From the NCBI GenBank assembly GCA_945903465.1, contig CAMDOF010000012.1:18411-82410 (forward strand): a stretch of 64,000 nt of DNA. Direction: 5' to 3'. The stretch's first letter is position 1, and every line of letters starts with the position of its first letter. The notes below the pieces were generated by a model. The model had not been told where the DNA came from, did not search any database, and saw only the letters and a list, made by a program, of their open reading frames with translations. Below are positions 37,360-47,735 of this stretch, one piece after another. Position numbers and translations under genes: made by a program. The stretch is from Opitutus sp. GAS368 (lineage in GTDB: Bacteria > Verrucomicrobiota > Verrucomicrobiia > Opitutales > Opitutaceae).

Positions 37360-40300
37360 TTGAGCAAACGACTTTATCCCATAGCGGTGACGGTTTTTTT
37401 CGGTGCTATGCTGGCGGGGCTGCCGGTGTTTGGGGCGTCGCCGGCGCTGGACTTTAATCGGGAGATTCGGCCGATTTTGTCGGACAAGTGTTTTCGATGT
37501 CATGGACCGGATGAGGGTAATCGCAAGGGAGGTGAGCAGGGATTGCGTTTGGATACGAGGGAAGGTGCGCTGGCGGATCTGGGTGGAGGTGCTTTTGCGA
37601 TTGTGCCGGGGCGGCCGGACCAGAGTGAATTGTTGGCGCGAATCACGACGGTGGATGCGGAGGAGCACATGCCGCCGGCGAAGACGGGGAAGACGCTGAC
37701 GGCGCGGGAGGTGGCATTATTGCGGCAGTGGATCGGGGAAGGGGCGAGGTATGCGCCGCATTGGTCTTATGAGAAAGCGGTGCGCCCCGCGTTGCCGCCG
37801 GTGCAGGCGACGGCGTGGGGTCGAGGTGCGGTGGACCGTTTTATTCTGGCGCGTTTGGAGCAGGCGGGCTTGCGGCCGCAGGCGGAGGCGGAGCGATCGG
37901 CGCTCGCGCGGCGGGTGGCGTTGGATCTTACGGGGTTGCCGCCGACGGCTGAAGAAGTGCGGGCCTTTGAGCAGGACCGATCGGCGGATGCGTATGAGCG
38001 GCTGGTGGATCGTCAGTTGGCGAAGCCAGCGTACGGGGAGCATTGGGCGCGCCTCTGGCTGGATCTCGCGCGGTACGCGGATTCGAAAGGTTATGCGGAT
38101 GATCAACCGCGCAGCATATGGCGTTACCGTGACTATGTGATCGATGCGATGAATCGGAACGTGCCCTTTGACCAGTTTAGTGTGGAGCAACTCGCTGGCG
38201 ATTTATTGCCGGAGGCGACGGCCGAGCAGATTTTTGCAACCGGGTTTCATCGCAACACGATGAACAACACGGAAGGAGGCACCCAGGATGAGGAATTTCG
38301 AGTAGCGGCGGTGGTCGATCGGGTGAACACAACGATGGCGGTGTGGATGGGAACCTCGATCGCCTGCGCCCAGTGTCACACGCACAAGTACGATCCGCTG
38401 ACGCAGAGGGAATATTTTCAGCTCTACGCGATCTTCAACCAGACGGCGGATGCAGACCGGAACGACGAGAGCCCGGTGATGGAATTTTACAGTGAAGAGC
38501 AGCTGCAAGAACGGTTGGTGGCGACGGAAGAAATCGCGGGGCTGCAGCGAAAGATGCGCGGGGCGATTCCGAGGCACGTGATGGCGGCGCAGCAATGGGC
38601 GCGGGATTTTCCGATGGTGTTGCCGTGGCGATGGGTACGGCCGGAGCGGGTGACCTCGGCGCGGGGCGCGGAAATCACGGCGATGGCAGATGGTCGCGTG
38701 CTGGTGGCGGCAGGCCAGAAGACCGACACGTCCACGTTGGAGATTCCGGTGAGTGGGCCGGAGAGCATCACGGCATTGCGGCTGGAGTCGCTGCCGCTGG
38801 CAACCCTGCCCGGTGGCGGGGCCGGCGGTGCGGTGGACGGGAACTTTGTGGTGACGCGGCTACGTGCGGCGATCAAGCCGGTGGAACCGGTGCGGGTGGC
38901 GCGTTTTGTGCGGGTGGAATTGCCGGGGGCAAACCGGGTGTTGCCGTTGGCCGAGGTAGAAGTTTTTAGTGCGGGGGAAAACGTGGCGCAGCGAGGCGTG
39001 GCGTCGCAAAGCTCGACGGCGGAAGGGGCGGTGGCGGCGCGGGCGGTGGACGGGCGAACGGACGGGGAGATGGCGAAAAGCTCGGTCAGCGTGACCGAGG
39101 CGAGTGAAAATCCCTGGTGGGAAGTGGACTTGGGATCGGCGCAGCGGCTGGAGCGGGTGGTGGTGTGGGGGCGGACAGGCTTGGAGCCGACGCTGGGCGG
39201 CTTGCGGGTGACGTTGTATGACGAACGGCGTCAGGTGGTGTGGTCGCAAGTGGGCCGAGATGCGCCGAAGCCGAGTCGGGCGTTCTCACTGGGAGAGCCG
39301 GTCGAAGTGAAGCTTGGGCGAGTGGCGACGGACTTTGCGCAGAGTAATTTTGATGAGGATCTGGTGGTGAGCGAAGTGGAGACAAAGGCGGTGAGTCGGA
39401 AGAGGAAGAGTGGGCCGAAGCGCGGCTGGGGGGTCGCGGGAGCGGCGGAGCGGGGCCACGCCTTATCGGTGGAGCTAGAGAAACCGCTGATGCTGGTGGC
39501 GGGCGAGACGTTGGTGGTGACCATTGAGCAGCAGTCGGACGTGGCGAACGCGACGCTGAATCATTTTCGCCTTGGGCTCACGGGTGATAGCTGGGTGGCG
39601 GAGCACCTGCGGTTGCCGGTGGAGATGCGGATGATCTTGGAGCAACCGGAGGAGGGGCGGACGGAGGTGCAGCGGACGCAGTTGCTGGAGTATTATGGAA
39701 TGCAGAAAGCGCCGGAGTTTAAGGGTGAGCGGCAACGTGAAATGACCCGGCAACGACAGCTCGACGAGATGCCGCTGCAAACGTCGCCGGTGATGCGCGA
39801 GTTGCCGATGGCGCAGCAAAGAAAGAGCCACGTGCAACTGCGCGGGAATTATTTAGCGCTGGGGGAAGAGGTATCGGGAGGGGTGCCGGCGGTATTTCCC
39901 CCGCTGCCGGCGAGCGAGAAGGTGGACCGCCTGACGTTGGCGCGGTGGTTGGTCGCGCCGGAGAATCCGTTGACAGCTCGGGTGCAGGCGAACCGCCTGT
40001 GGGAGTCGATTTTTGGGGTTGGGCTGGTCCGGACCTCGGAAGAGTTTGGGTCGCAAGGCGAGCCGCCCTCGCACCCGGAGCTGCTGGATTGGCTGGCGGT
40101 TGAATTGGTGGAGCGAGGTTGGAATATGAAAGGGTTTGTGAGGATGTTGGTGCTATCGTCGGCGTATCGGCAGAGCACGCGCGTGACGCGGGAGGCGCTG
40201 GAGGTGGATCCGGAGAATCGCTGGCTCTCGCGGGGGCCGCGTTTCCGCTTGGGGGCGGAGACGGTGAGAGACCAGGCGCTGGCGGTGAGTGGGCTGTTGA

Positions 40301-40863
40301 ATCCGCGGATGCACGGGCCGTCTTCGCACCCGTTTCAGCCGGCGTTTGGCTTGAGTGCGGCCTTTGGCTCGGCGTTGGATTGGAAGACGAGCGTCGGGGT
40401 GGACCGGCTGAGGCGCGGGGTTTATACGGAGTGGCGCCGGAGCAGTCCGTACCCCTCGATGGTGACCTTTGATGCGCCCAATCGCGAAGTCTGTACGCTG
40501 CGCCGCAATCGCAGTAACACGCCGTTGCAGGCGTTGGTGATGTTGAATGATCCGGTGTATGTGGAGGCGGCGCAGGCGTTGGCGAGCCTGGTAATGATGG
40601 AAGGCGCGACGCCGGTAGAAAAGGTTCGTGCCGGATTCCGGCGAGTGCTGCTGCGAGAACCGGAGGCGATGGAGAGTGCGCCGCTGCAGCAACTGTACGA
40701 CGCGGCACGGGCGGTATTCGCGGCTGCGCCGGAGCGGGCGGCGGCGATGATCGCGAACAGGGAGAACCCGCCGTTGGTTTCTTTGGTTCCGGCTGAGTTG
40801 GCGGCGTGGACGGTGGTGGCGAATGTGTTGCTCAATCTTGATGAGACGCTGATGAAGCGTTGA
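37360..40863 (+). CDS. PSCyt1 / DUF1549 / F5-8 type C (discoidin) / DUF1553 domain protein
   Basis: The ORF is open from 37330. TTG 37360 gives a good signal peptide (MSKRLYPIAVTVFFGAMLAGLPVFGASP). PSCyt1 is seen as ILSDKCFRCHGPDEGNRKG. DUF1549 is seen as VDRFILARLEQAGL...LDLTGLPPT and CAQCHTHKYDP. The discoidin-like insert reads NVAQRGVASQSS...AVDGRTDG...NPWWEVDLG. DUF1553 is seen as LARWLVAPENPLTARVQANRLWE...GSQGEPPSHPELLDWLA. Confidence 0.9.
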   Translation: MSKRLYPIAVTVFFGAMLAGLPVFGASPALDFNREIRPILSDKCFRCHGPDEGNRKGGEQGLRLDTREGALADLGGGAFAIVPGRPDQSELLARITTVDAEEHMPPAKTGKTLTAREVALLRQWIGEGARYAPHWSYEKAVRPALPPVQATAWGRGAVDRFILARLEQAGLRPQAEAERSALARRVALDLTGLPPTAEEVRAFEQDRSADAYERLVDRQLAKPAYGEHWARLWLDLARYADSKGYADDQPRSIWRYRDYVIDAMNRNVPFDQFSVEQLAGDLLPEATAEQIFATGFHRNTMNNTEGGTQDEEFRVAAVVDRVNTTMAVWMGTSIACAQCHTHKYDPLTQREYFQLYAIFNQTADADRNDESPVMEFYSEEQLQERLVATEEIAGLQRKMRGAIPRHVMAAQQWARDFPMVLPWRWVRPERVTSARGAEITAMADGRVLVAAGQKTDTSTLEIPVSGPESITALRLESLPLATLPGGGAGGAVDGNFVVTRLRAAIKPVEPVRVARFVRVELPGANRVLPLAEVEVFSAGENVAQRGVASQSSTAEGAVAARAVDGRTDGEMAKSSVSVTEASENPWWEVDLGSAQRLERVVVWGRTGLEPTLGGLRVTLYDERRQVVWSQVGRDAPKPSRAFSLGEPVEVKLGRVATDFAQSNFDEDLVVSEVETKAVSRKRKSGPKRGWGVAGAAERGHALSVELEKPLMLVAGETLVVTIEQQSDVANATLNHFRLGLTGDSWVAEHLRLPVEMRMILEQPEEGRTEVQRTQLLEYYGMQKAPEFKGERQREMTRQRQLDEMPLQTSPVMRELPMAQQRKSHVQLRGNYLALGEEVSGGVPAVFPPLPASEKVDRLTLARWLVAPENPLTARVQANRLWESIFGVGLVRTSEEFGSQGEPPSHPELLDWLAVELVERGWNMKGFVRMLVLSSAYRQSTRVTREALEVDPENRWLSRGPRFRLGAETVRDQALAVSGLLNPRMHGPSSHPFQPAFGLSAAFGSALDWKTSVGVDRLRRGVYTEWRRSSPYPSMVTFDAPNREVCTLRRNRSNTPLQALVMLNDPVYVEAAQALASLVMMEGATPVEKVRAGFRRVLLREPEAMESAPLQQLYDAARAVFAAAPERAAAMIANRENPPLVSLVPAELAAWTVVANVLLNLDETLMKR

Positions 40864-40868
40864 TCCCC

Positions 40869-42323
40869 ATGAACCTCTCTTTACAAAAACTTCGACACCA
40901 GACGCGGCGGCAATTTTTGCGGAACGCTGGGCAGTTCAGTCTTGGCGCGATCGCGATGGAATCGCTGATGGGAGGCTCGCTGCGGGCGGCACCGGGAGCC
41001 GCGGCTAATCCGTTGGCACCACGCGCACCGCATTTTCCTGCGAAAGTGAAACGCGTGATTTATCTGCATATGTCGGGTGGGCCGCCGCATCTGGATCTTT
41101 TCGATTATAAACCGGAGTTGGTGAAGCGAGATGGCCAGAATGCGCCGGATGCCTTCGTGAAGGGCAAGACGTTTGCCTTCACTTCGGGCACGCCGAAGTT
41201 GATGGGTACGCCCAGGACCTTTTCTCAGCACGGACCAGGTGGGGTCTGGATGTCAGATGCGATCCCGCATTTTCAGGGGATTGCGGACGAGCTGTGTGTG
41301 ATCAAGTCGATGCACAGCGATCAGTTTAATCATACGCCGGCGGAGTTGTTGTTATTTACGGGATCGCCGCGAGGCGGGCGGCCCTCGATGGGCTCGTGGG
41401 TGACGTATGGGCTGGGCTCGGAGAATGAAAACCTGCCGGGCTTTGTGGTGTTGATCAGCAGTGGGGTGCAGCCGAGCGCGGGCCAGAGCGCGTGGGGCAC
41501 GGGCTTTTTGCCCTCGGTCTTTCAAGGGGTGCAATGTCGGTCGAAGGGGGATCCGGTCTTATATGTGGGGGATCCGCCGGGCATGGACCGAGCGATGCGG
41601 CGGCAGACGCTGGATGCGCTGCGTGAGTTGAACGAATTACAAGCGGCGGAACTGGGGCATCCGGAGACGGCGACGCGAATCGCGCAGTACGAGTTGGCGT
41701 TTCGCATGCAGGCGAGCGTGCCCGAGGTAATGGATATTGCGCGTGAGCCGGCGGCGGTATTAGAGGCCTACGGGGCTAAGCTGGGGGAGGCGAGTTTCGC
41801 GAATAATTGCTTGTTGGGCCGGCGCCTGTTGGAGCAAGGCGTGCGCTTTGTGCAGCTCTTTGATTGGGGTTGGGATTTTCACGGGACAAGTCCGAAGGAA
41901 GACATTCGGGATGGCCTGACGGCGAAGATGGCGCGGACGGATAAGCCGGTGGCGGCGTTGATTCGCGATTTGCGTCAGCGTGGGCTCCTCGATGATACGC
42001 TCGTGGTGTGGGGTGGTGAGTTTGGGCGCACGCCTTTTCGAGAGGGCCGGACCGCGGGAGGGGCGGTGCTGGGCCGCGATCATTTTCCGGACGCCTTTTC
42101 GCTCTTTCTGGCGGGAGGGGGCGTAAAGCACGGGATGAGTTATGGTGCGACTGACGAACTGGGGTTTGGGATTACGGAGAACCAAGTGCACGTGCACGAT
42201 CTGCAGGCGACGATTCTCCATCTCCTCGGTTACGATCACACGCAGCTCTCGTTTCGTTTTCAGGGCCGTGATTTCCGGTTGACGGACGTGCATGGCGAAG
42301 TGGTCAAAGGAATCCTCGCGTGA
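40869..42323 (+). CDS. DUF1501 domain protein (sulfatase-fold, Tat signal)
   Basis: 484 aa from ATG 40869, which is 5 nt after the upstream stop. It has a twin-arginine signal (TRRQFLRNAGQFSLGAIAM). VIYLHMSGGPPHLDLFDYKP and GGEFGRTP...GRDH are family signatures. Confidence 0.9.
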   Translation: MNLSLQKLRHQTRRQFLRNAGQFSLGAIAMESLMGGSLRAAPGAAANPLAPRAPHFPAKVKRVIYLHMSGGPPHLDLFDYKPELVKRDGQNAPDAFVKGKTFAFTSGTPKLMGTPRTFSQHGPGGVWMSDAIPHFQGIADELCVIKSMHSDQFNHTPAELLLFTGSPRGGRPSMGSWVTYGLGSENENLPGFVVLISSGVQPSAGQSAWGTGFLPSVFQGVQCRSKGDPVLYVGDPPGMDRAMRRQTLDALRELNELQAAELGHPETATRIAQYELAFRMQASVPEVMDIAREPAAVLEAYGAKLGEASFANNCLLGRRLLEQGVRFVQLFDWGWDFHGTSPKEDIRDGLTAKMARTDKPVAALIRDLRQRGLLDDTLVVWGGEFGRTPFREGRTAGGAVLGRDHFPDAFSLFLAGGGVKHGMSYGATDELGFGITENQVHVHDLQATILHLLGYDHTQLSFRFQGRDFRLTDVHGEVVKGILA

Positions 42324-42472
42324 GTGCGGTGGGGCCGGGGAGGGAGGTGGCCGCGTGGACGGAGGTCGTGGGTTGCTGGCGTGGGTGGTGGGGTGGCTAG
42401 GCCGGCGCGAAGTGAGGGTCCGGGTCTACTCCGACCTTGCGCGGTGGCGGGGAAAGCCTCCTCTGTTGTGGC

Positions 42473-42925
42473 ATGAAGGTCACGTTTACGCAGAAAGAGT
42501 ACACCCGTTTGCTGGAACTTGCGCATCTTGGGCTCTGGGTGGCGGGGGGGCGCCCGGAGGATCCTGCGACGATGCCGGAGCGTTACGCGGGGATTGCCCA
42601 AAAATTATTTGCGCTGGCGGAACCGCTCGGTTGCGCCGATCTCGTGGAAGTCGATGTGAATGGCCAGTATTTTCCCAACGAGAAATTAACGGGTGGCCCG
42701 GCCGGCGATAAACTGGATCAATTTGTGGAAGACACTTTTTGGGGTGAGTTGGTGGGGCGTTTGGCGGAGCGCGATCTCCGGGTTGAGAATGGTCCGGAGA
42801 AAATGGGCGAGGAGCTGAGTGAGGATGCGGAAGAGCAGTTGGTCGTTTTGGAGGACAGCTATTGGCGTGAGTTTGAGACTAAAGGCGTGGATAATCTTAT
42901 CGTTTTGCGTGGCGGTAAGGGCTGA
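42473..42925 (+). CDS. hypothetical acidic cytoplasmic protein
   Basis: 150 aa from ATG 42473 (MKVTFTQKEYTRLLELAHLGLWV...). I recognised no motif. The composition and length suggest it is coding. Confidence 0.55.
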   Translation: MKVTFTQKEYTRLLELAHLGLWVAGGRPEDPATMPERYAGIAQKLFALAEPLGCADLVEVDVNGQYFPNEKLTGGPAGDKLDQFVEDTFWGELVGRLAERDLRVENGPEKMGEELSEDAEEQLVVLEDSYWREFETKGVDNLIVLRGGKG

Positions 42926-43079
42926 GCGCCCGGGTGCGCGGAGGCGCGTGAGGCTGGCCTGAGCGATGCGCGGGCCAAGGGTTCGGGTGACCCGGTAAAA
43001 CCGTGAACTCGGCGTTGACCCGATTACGCGGCCCTTGCACATTCTTGGCGTCACTTCGGTTGTTCCCCCTATTTATTTT

Positions 43080-44081
43080 ATGCCTCATCTCGCTGCTGCC
43101 TCCACCGTCTGCGCCTCGCGTCGTCGTTTTATTTCTCAACTTGCCACGGCGGGTGCGAGCCTGCCGCTGGCGGTGCTGGCGGCGCGCGCGACGGCGGCGG
43201 AGCCCAAGCGCGCGCCGGCGCCGGTCGCGATGGGAGGCGCGGGGACGATCCATGTTTTTTCGAAACCCCTGCAGTGGCTTGATTACGCGGGCACGGCATC
43301 GCTTTTGGCGCAAGCGGGCTTTGGCGGGATTGATTACGCGGTGCGTCCGGGTGGTCACGTGCTACCGGAGAAAGTCACGGAGGATTTACCGCGAGCGGTG
43401 GAGGCGGCGGCCAAAGCGGGCCTGAAGGTGGAGATGATAACGACGGCGATTGTGGACGCGAGAGATCCGGAGACGGAGCCGTTGTTGCGGACGGCGGCGA
43501 AGCTGGGAATAAAATATTATCGTTTTGGCAATTGGAACTACGACGAGAAGCTTGGGGTGATGGGTACGCTGCAAAAGCTAAAACCCGCGATGAAGGAACT
43601 CGCGGCGCTCAACCAAAGTTTGGGTATTCACGGTGCGATTCAAAATCATGCGGGCACGCGAATTGGGAGCAGCCTCTGGGATCTGCACGAGTTGGTGCGG
43701 GACCTCGACCCGCGGTGGTTGGGGGTGCAGTATGATATTCGACACGCGGTGGCGGAAGGTGGGCTCTCGTGGCCGTTGCCGCTGAAGTTGCTGGCGCCGT
43801 GGATCCGTTGCACGGACTTGAAGGATTTCAAATGGGAGCAGGGGCCGGGCAAGGCGGTGATTGAGAACGTGCCGATCGGCGAGGGGATCGTTAATTTTGA
43901 CGCGTATTTCAAGTTGGTCGCCGCGCTGAAAATATCGGGCCCGATGTCGGTGCACCTTGAATATCCGCCGTTTGAGCGCGCGAAAATTTCGGAGGCGGAG
44001 AAGCGGGCGACGTTCCCCGCTTTGATGAAAAAGGACCTCGCGGTGATCAAAGGTTATCTCGCCAAGTATAAAATTAACTGA
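43080..44081 (+). CDS. Tat-signal sugar phosphate isomerase/epimerase (xylose isomerase-like TIM barrel)
   Basis: 333 aa with a twin-arginine signal (SRRRFISQLATAGASLPLAVLAARATAA). HGAIQNHAG and the VHLEYPP-type metal-ligand regions are present. Confidence 0.8.
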   Translation: MPHLAAASTVCASRRRFISQLATAGASLPLAVLAARATAAEPKRAPAPVAMGGAGTIHVFSKPLQWLDYAGTASLLAQAGFGGIDYAVRPGGHVLPEKVTEDLPRAVEAAAKAGLKVEMITTAIVDARDPETEPLLRTAAKLGIKYYRFGNWNYDEKLGVMGTLQKLKPAMKELAALNQSLGIHGAIQNHAGTRIGSSLWDLHELVRDLDPRWLGVQYDIRHAVAEGGLSWPLPLKLLAPWIRCTDLKDFKWEQGPGKAVIENVPIGEGIVNFDAYFKLVAALKISGPMSVHLEYPPFERAKISEAEKRATFPALMKKDLAVIKGYLAKYKIN

Positions 44082-44222
44082 GGGGCCCGCCGCGGGCGCG
44101 GCGCTGGCCGGGACGTGAAGGGGGGGCGGGGTGTCCCGTCCGTTTTAGATCGCCGCGCTCATGTATCCACGTTTTGAGGTCAGGTGTTTTTTTCGTTTTG
44201 GTAAAATAAATCTTCCTTTCGT

Positions 44223-45524
44223 ATGACCGCTGTTTCCTCGATTACGTTAGAACGGGTGAGCGCTAATTTTGAACGCGAGCCGCTGGTGCGACCCTTTGGC
44301 TTCAAGGGCGGGTACCAGTCGGAGATCTGGCAGAGTGTGGCGCGCTTGGAAAGCGGGCGGGGTCGCAGTGGTCTTGGACTCTGTACGCAGGGGGTTTTAT
44401 GGAGTGATGCGCAGGTGTTCGCTGGGCATTCGGAGAGTGGCGGCAACGCGCTGATGTATGCGGTGACGGAATGGGCGGTGCAGCAGCTGAAAGGGCAGGC
44501 CTTTGCCAATCCGATCGATCTGCTGGAAGGGATTCGGCACGACGTTTACGCGTATGCGAAGAAGATCACGGGTCAGGCGGGCCTGCGGGAGACCTTTGCC
44601 CTGAACGCGCTGGTGGGGGTGGATTTTGCGGCTTGGCTGCTCTACGCAGCGGAGAACGAGATCACGAATTTCGATGATTTGATCCCGTTGGCCTATCGCT
44701 CGGCTTTGGCGACGAAACACGCGAAGGTGGCGAGTATTCCGTTGATGGCCTATGCGGTGCCGATCGCGGAGTTGAAGACGGCGGTCGATCAGGGGTATTT
44801 TTTTATGAAGATTAAAATCGGCCAGCCGGGGACGCAGGTCGAAATGCTCGAGAAAGACAAGGCGCGGATGAGTGCGATTCACGCAGCGATTGGCGATGCG
44901 CGGACGCCGTACACGGCGAGCGGGAAGCTGCCTTACTACTTTGATGCGAATGGGCGCTATGAAAGCAAAGAGACGCTGCTGCGGTTGCTCGATCATGCGA
45001 AAGCGATCGGTGCGTTTGAGCAGATTGCATTGATTGAGGAGCCGTTTCCGGAGGAGCTGGAGATTGATATCACCGATATTCCTGCCCGAGTGGCGGCGGA
45101 TGAGAGCGCGCACACGGACAAGGATGCGCTGAAGCGAATTGAGATGGGTTACACCGCGATCGCGCTGAAGCCGATTGCGAAAACGCTCAGCATGTCGTTG
45201 AAAATTGCGCAGATCGCCCACGAGCGTGGCGTGCCTTGTTTTTGCGCGGATCTGACGGTGAATCCGATTCTGGTTGAGTGGAACAAAAACGTCGCCGCCC
45301 GCCTCGCGCCTTTTCCGGGCCTCGGCTTGGGTCTCCTCGAGACAAACGGCCATCAAAATTATCGTAACTGGGAGACGATGCGTAGTTACCATCCGGCGCC
45401 GGCGGCGGCGTGGGCGCAGACGACTGGTGGGGTCTTTGCGCTCGATGCTGATTTTTATGCGCGGAGTGGAGGTATTTTTTCCGCGCAGCCGCATTACGAG
45501 GCGATGTTTGCAGCGCCCGTCTAG
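44223..45524 (+). CDS. enolase-superfamily enzyme (mandelate racemase / muconate-lactonizing-like)
   Basis: 433 aa. KxK is seen in FFMKIKIG, and the metal ligands in YFDANGRY, LIEEPFPEE and AADES. The substrate cannot be assigned. Confidence 0.7.
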   Translation: MTAVSSITLERVSANFEREPLVRPFGFKGGYQSEIWQSVARLESGRGRSGLGLCTQGVLWSDAQVFAGHSESGGNALMYAVTEWAVQQLKGQAFANPIDLLEGIRHDVYAYAKKITGQAGLRETFALNALVGVDFAAWLLYAAENEITNFDDLIPLAYRSALATKHAKVASIPLMAYAVPIAELKTAVDQGYFFMKIKIGQPGTQVEMLEKDKARMSAIHAAIGDARTPYTASGKLPYYFDANGRYESKETLLRLLDHAKAIGAFEQIALIEEPFPEELEIDITDIPARVAADESAHTDKDALKRIEMGYTAIALKPIAKTLSMSLKIAQIAHERGVPCFCADLTVNPILVEWNKNVAARLAPFPGLGLGLLETNGHQNYRNWETMRSYHPAPAAAWAQTTGGVFALDADFYARSGGIFSAQPHYEAMFAAPV

Positions 45525-45560
45525 GCACAGGACGGCCTTCGCGCGCAGGGCGAGCGGTGG

Positions 45561-46727
45561 TTACCGGCTCAGGTATTGCTGGATGAGCGCGCCGACGATT
45601 TGGTCACAGGCGGCGGCGACGCCAGTTCCGGCGACGTTAGTAGCGACCATGACTCCAAAATCTTTTTTTGGGGCGATCCAGATGGAGGTATAATTTTGGG
45701 TATTGGAGCCGTCGTGATGGATGACCTGGCCGCCGCCCCACGGCCGCTCGACGACGTTCCAGCCGAGTGCGTAACGGGAAGGGGCGACGGGGGTGTGCAG
45801 GCGTAGGCGCGACGATTCTAGGAGGAGATGGGGATTTCCGTGGGCGTGGAGGGCGACGTACTTGGCGAGATCGACGATGGAGCAGTGGACGGTACCGGCG
45901 GGGGCGATGGCTGGCGGGTTATCGCTCATCGGGCCAGGGGCGCGGGAAGTGAGCACGTCCTGAGTGCGAGTGTGCCCCCACGGCTGGTCTTCCTGATCCG
46001 CGGTGCCGGGTGCGCCGAAGCCGGCGGATGTCATGTCGAGTGGGGTGAAGAGCTGGGTCGTGATGAGGAGCTCCCAATCCTGCTGGGCGACTTTTTCCAG
46101 CATAGCTCCAGCGAGAGCGACGCCCGCGTTGGCGTAGGTGAACGTGGTTCCTGGGGCGGTGGTGGGTGGCCGAGCGGTGACGCTCCGGAGCAGCCGGAGT
46201 CGCTGTTCGCGGGGCGTGCCCTCGCGGCGCCAGAGCGTGGCCCAGAGACCGTTTGGTTGGAGGTCGGAAGGCACGCCCCCCCGATGAGAGAGCAATTGCT
46301 CCAAGGTGACGCCGTGGTAGTCCGCGTGCATCTCGGTCCGCCTCTCGGGAAACACCTCGCCCAAGCTCGTGTGCCATTGAATTTTATTTTGCTCCACCAA
46401 GCGTGCGGCGAGCGTGGCCGTCATCGACTTGGTGCAGGACCCGATATGGAACAAGTCGTCGAGTGTCACCTCTTGGGTACCGCCATTTTTTCTGAGTCCG
46501 ACGGCGCCGATAGCGATTGTCCGGCCGGTGTCGACGACGGCGGCGGCCAACGCGGGAAAGCGATATTTTTCTCGGAGTAGCTCGAGGAAGACGCGCAGAT
46601 CGGCAGGGGGATCCAGACGGGTGGCGCGGCTTGCCTCGGCCGCGCGGGCGGGGCCGAGTGTGGCTGACAGCAGGCCGGCAAAGACCAAGACGGTCGAGCC
46701 TACCTTGAGACGGGCTGAACGGTACAT
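45561..46727 (-). CDS. secreted serine hydrolase (beta-lactamase / PBP family)
   Basis: 388 aa with a signal peptide, the SxxK motif (GSCTKSMTA) and a YAN-like motif (FTYANAG). Confidence 0.85.
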   Translation of the reverse strand: MYRSARLKVGSTVLVFAGLLSATLGPARAAEASRATRLDPPADLRVFLELLREKYRFPALAAAVVDTGRTIAIGAVGLRKNGGTQEVTLDDLFHIGSCTKSMTATLAARLVEQNKIQWHTSLGEVFPERRTEMHADYHGVTLEQLLSHRGGVPSDLQPNGLWATLWRREGTPREQRLRLLRSVTARPPTTAPGTTFTYANAGVALAGAMLEKVAQQDWELLITTQLFTPLDMTSAGFGAPGTADQEDQPWGHTRTQDVLTSRAPGPMSDNPPAIAPAGTVHCSIVDLAKYVALHAHGNPHLLLESSRLRLHTPVAPSRYALGWNVVERPWGGGQVIHHDGSNTQNYTSIWIAPKKDFGVMVATNVAGTGVAAACDQIVGALIQQYLSR

Positions 46728-46784
46728 CTCGGCCGCGCGTTGACGGTGACGCGGGCGCGCGATGCGTGAGTGAGGCGCGGTCGG

Positions 46785-47735
46785 TTAGAAATCGCCACCG
46801 CCCGAATCGCCACCGCCTGAATCGCCACCGCCGACATCGCCGCCGCTGGCGTCATCACCGAAGCTATCGCCCGAACTGGAATAATCGGAGTCGCGGCGCG
46901 AGGCGTCGTTATCGTTAAAATTGCCGCCGCTTTGATCGGAGTTATGGTGCCCGGAGAACTGGTCGTAGAGCCACATGCCGGCAGCGGCGCCGAACATGCC
47001 GCCGATGAGTGAGCTCATGAAACCGCCGCCAGAACCGCCGCCGCCGCCACCGACGCCACCTGCGCCGGCATTGCCGCCGCCGCTAAAAATTGCGCGAAAG
47101 ATGCCGACGACGATCCAAGCGACGACGAAGCCGAGCACGGCCGCGATCACCCAGTTCCAGGGGTTGGGGCTCTCATCAGTGGCTGGAGCGGTGCTTCTCG
47201 CCTGAACGGCGCCGCGGTTCTGCGTGATCACCTGGTTTTTCATGGTGGCCGCGACGAGGTTGACGCCCTCGCGCAAGGCTTCGTCGTTTTTTTGGCCACG
47301 TAATTTCGAAAGCATGCTGGCAACGAGGACATCGCGATCTTTGGGCGTGAACAGCGTCCTCTTGGTCTCGTCGCCGACGACAACCTGCAAATGAGACGGC
47401 GATTTCGAGATAAGAATATAAATGCCGTTGACTCGCTGCTGGCGGGCTTGGCGAAGCGTCCACTGCTCGAACAGCCGATTGACCGCGAGACGGTCTTCGA
47501 GGTTCACGCCCTTTTTGACGTCGTCGGGGATAGTCGCGAACGTCTCGATGACGACTTCGCGCTTAAAGCGGGTGCCGATTTCGTTGATGTGTCGGCTGGC
47601 TTCGACTTTGGCCGCCTCCGAGAAAAAAGCCCCATTATCGCGGATGCCGCCGAACTGGGCGCGGGTGGTGGTGGCGCTGAGGAGGAGGGCGACGGTGAGT
47701 CCGAGGAAAGTAGAGAGAGGAGTGAGGGAAGGCAT
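46785..47735 (-). CDS. TPM-domain protein with a TM helix and a Gly-rich tail
   Basis: 316 aa from ATG 47735. After a signal peptide comes the TPM/DUF477-like core (VVIETFATIP...GIYILISKSPSHLQVVVGDE). This is followed by TM helix WVIAAVLGFVVAWIVVGIF and a GGGG/GGGDS tail. Confidence 0.75.
   Translation of the reverse strand: MPSLTPLSTFLGLTVALLLSATTTRAQFGGIRDNGAFFSEAAKVEASRHINEIGTRFKREVVIETFATIPDDVKKGVNLEDRLAVNRLFEQWTLRQARQQRVNGIYILISKSPSHLQVVVGDETKRTLFTPKDRDVLVASMLSKLRGQKNDEALREGVNLVAATMKNQVITQNRGAVQARSTAPATDESPNPWNWVIAAVLGFVVAWIVVGIFRAIFSGGGNAGAGGVGGGGGGSGGGFMSSLIGGMFGAAAGMWLYDQFSGHHNSDQSGGNFNDNDASRRDSDYSSSGDSFGDDASGGDVGGGDSGGGDSGGGDF

Noticed and set aside
42330-42400. A G-run-rich tract (GGGGCCGGGGAGGGAGG...GTGGGTGGTGGGGTGG) downstream of the DUF1501 gene might be a G-quadruplex element.
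   Set aside because: In a genome this GC-rich, such runs arise by chance. There is no conservation or positional evidence available from this window.
46785-46860. 15-bp repeats (GAATCGCCACCGCCY) at the 3' end of the TPM-domain gene.
   Set aside because: There are only about three copies, encoding a GGGDS low-complexity tail. This is ordinary Gly-rich tail sequence and is noted in the feature only.
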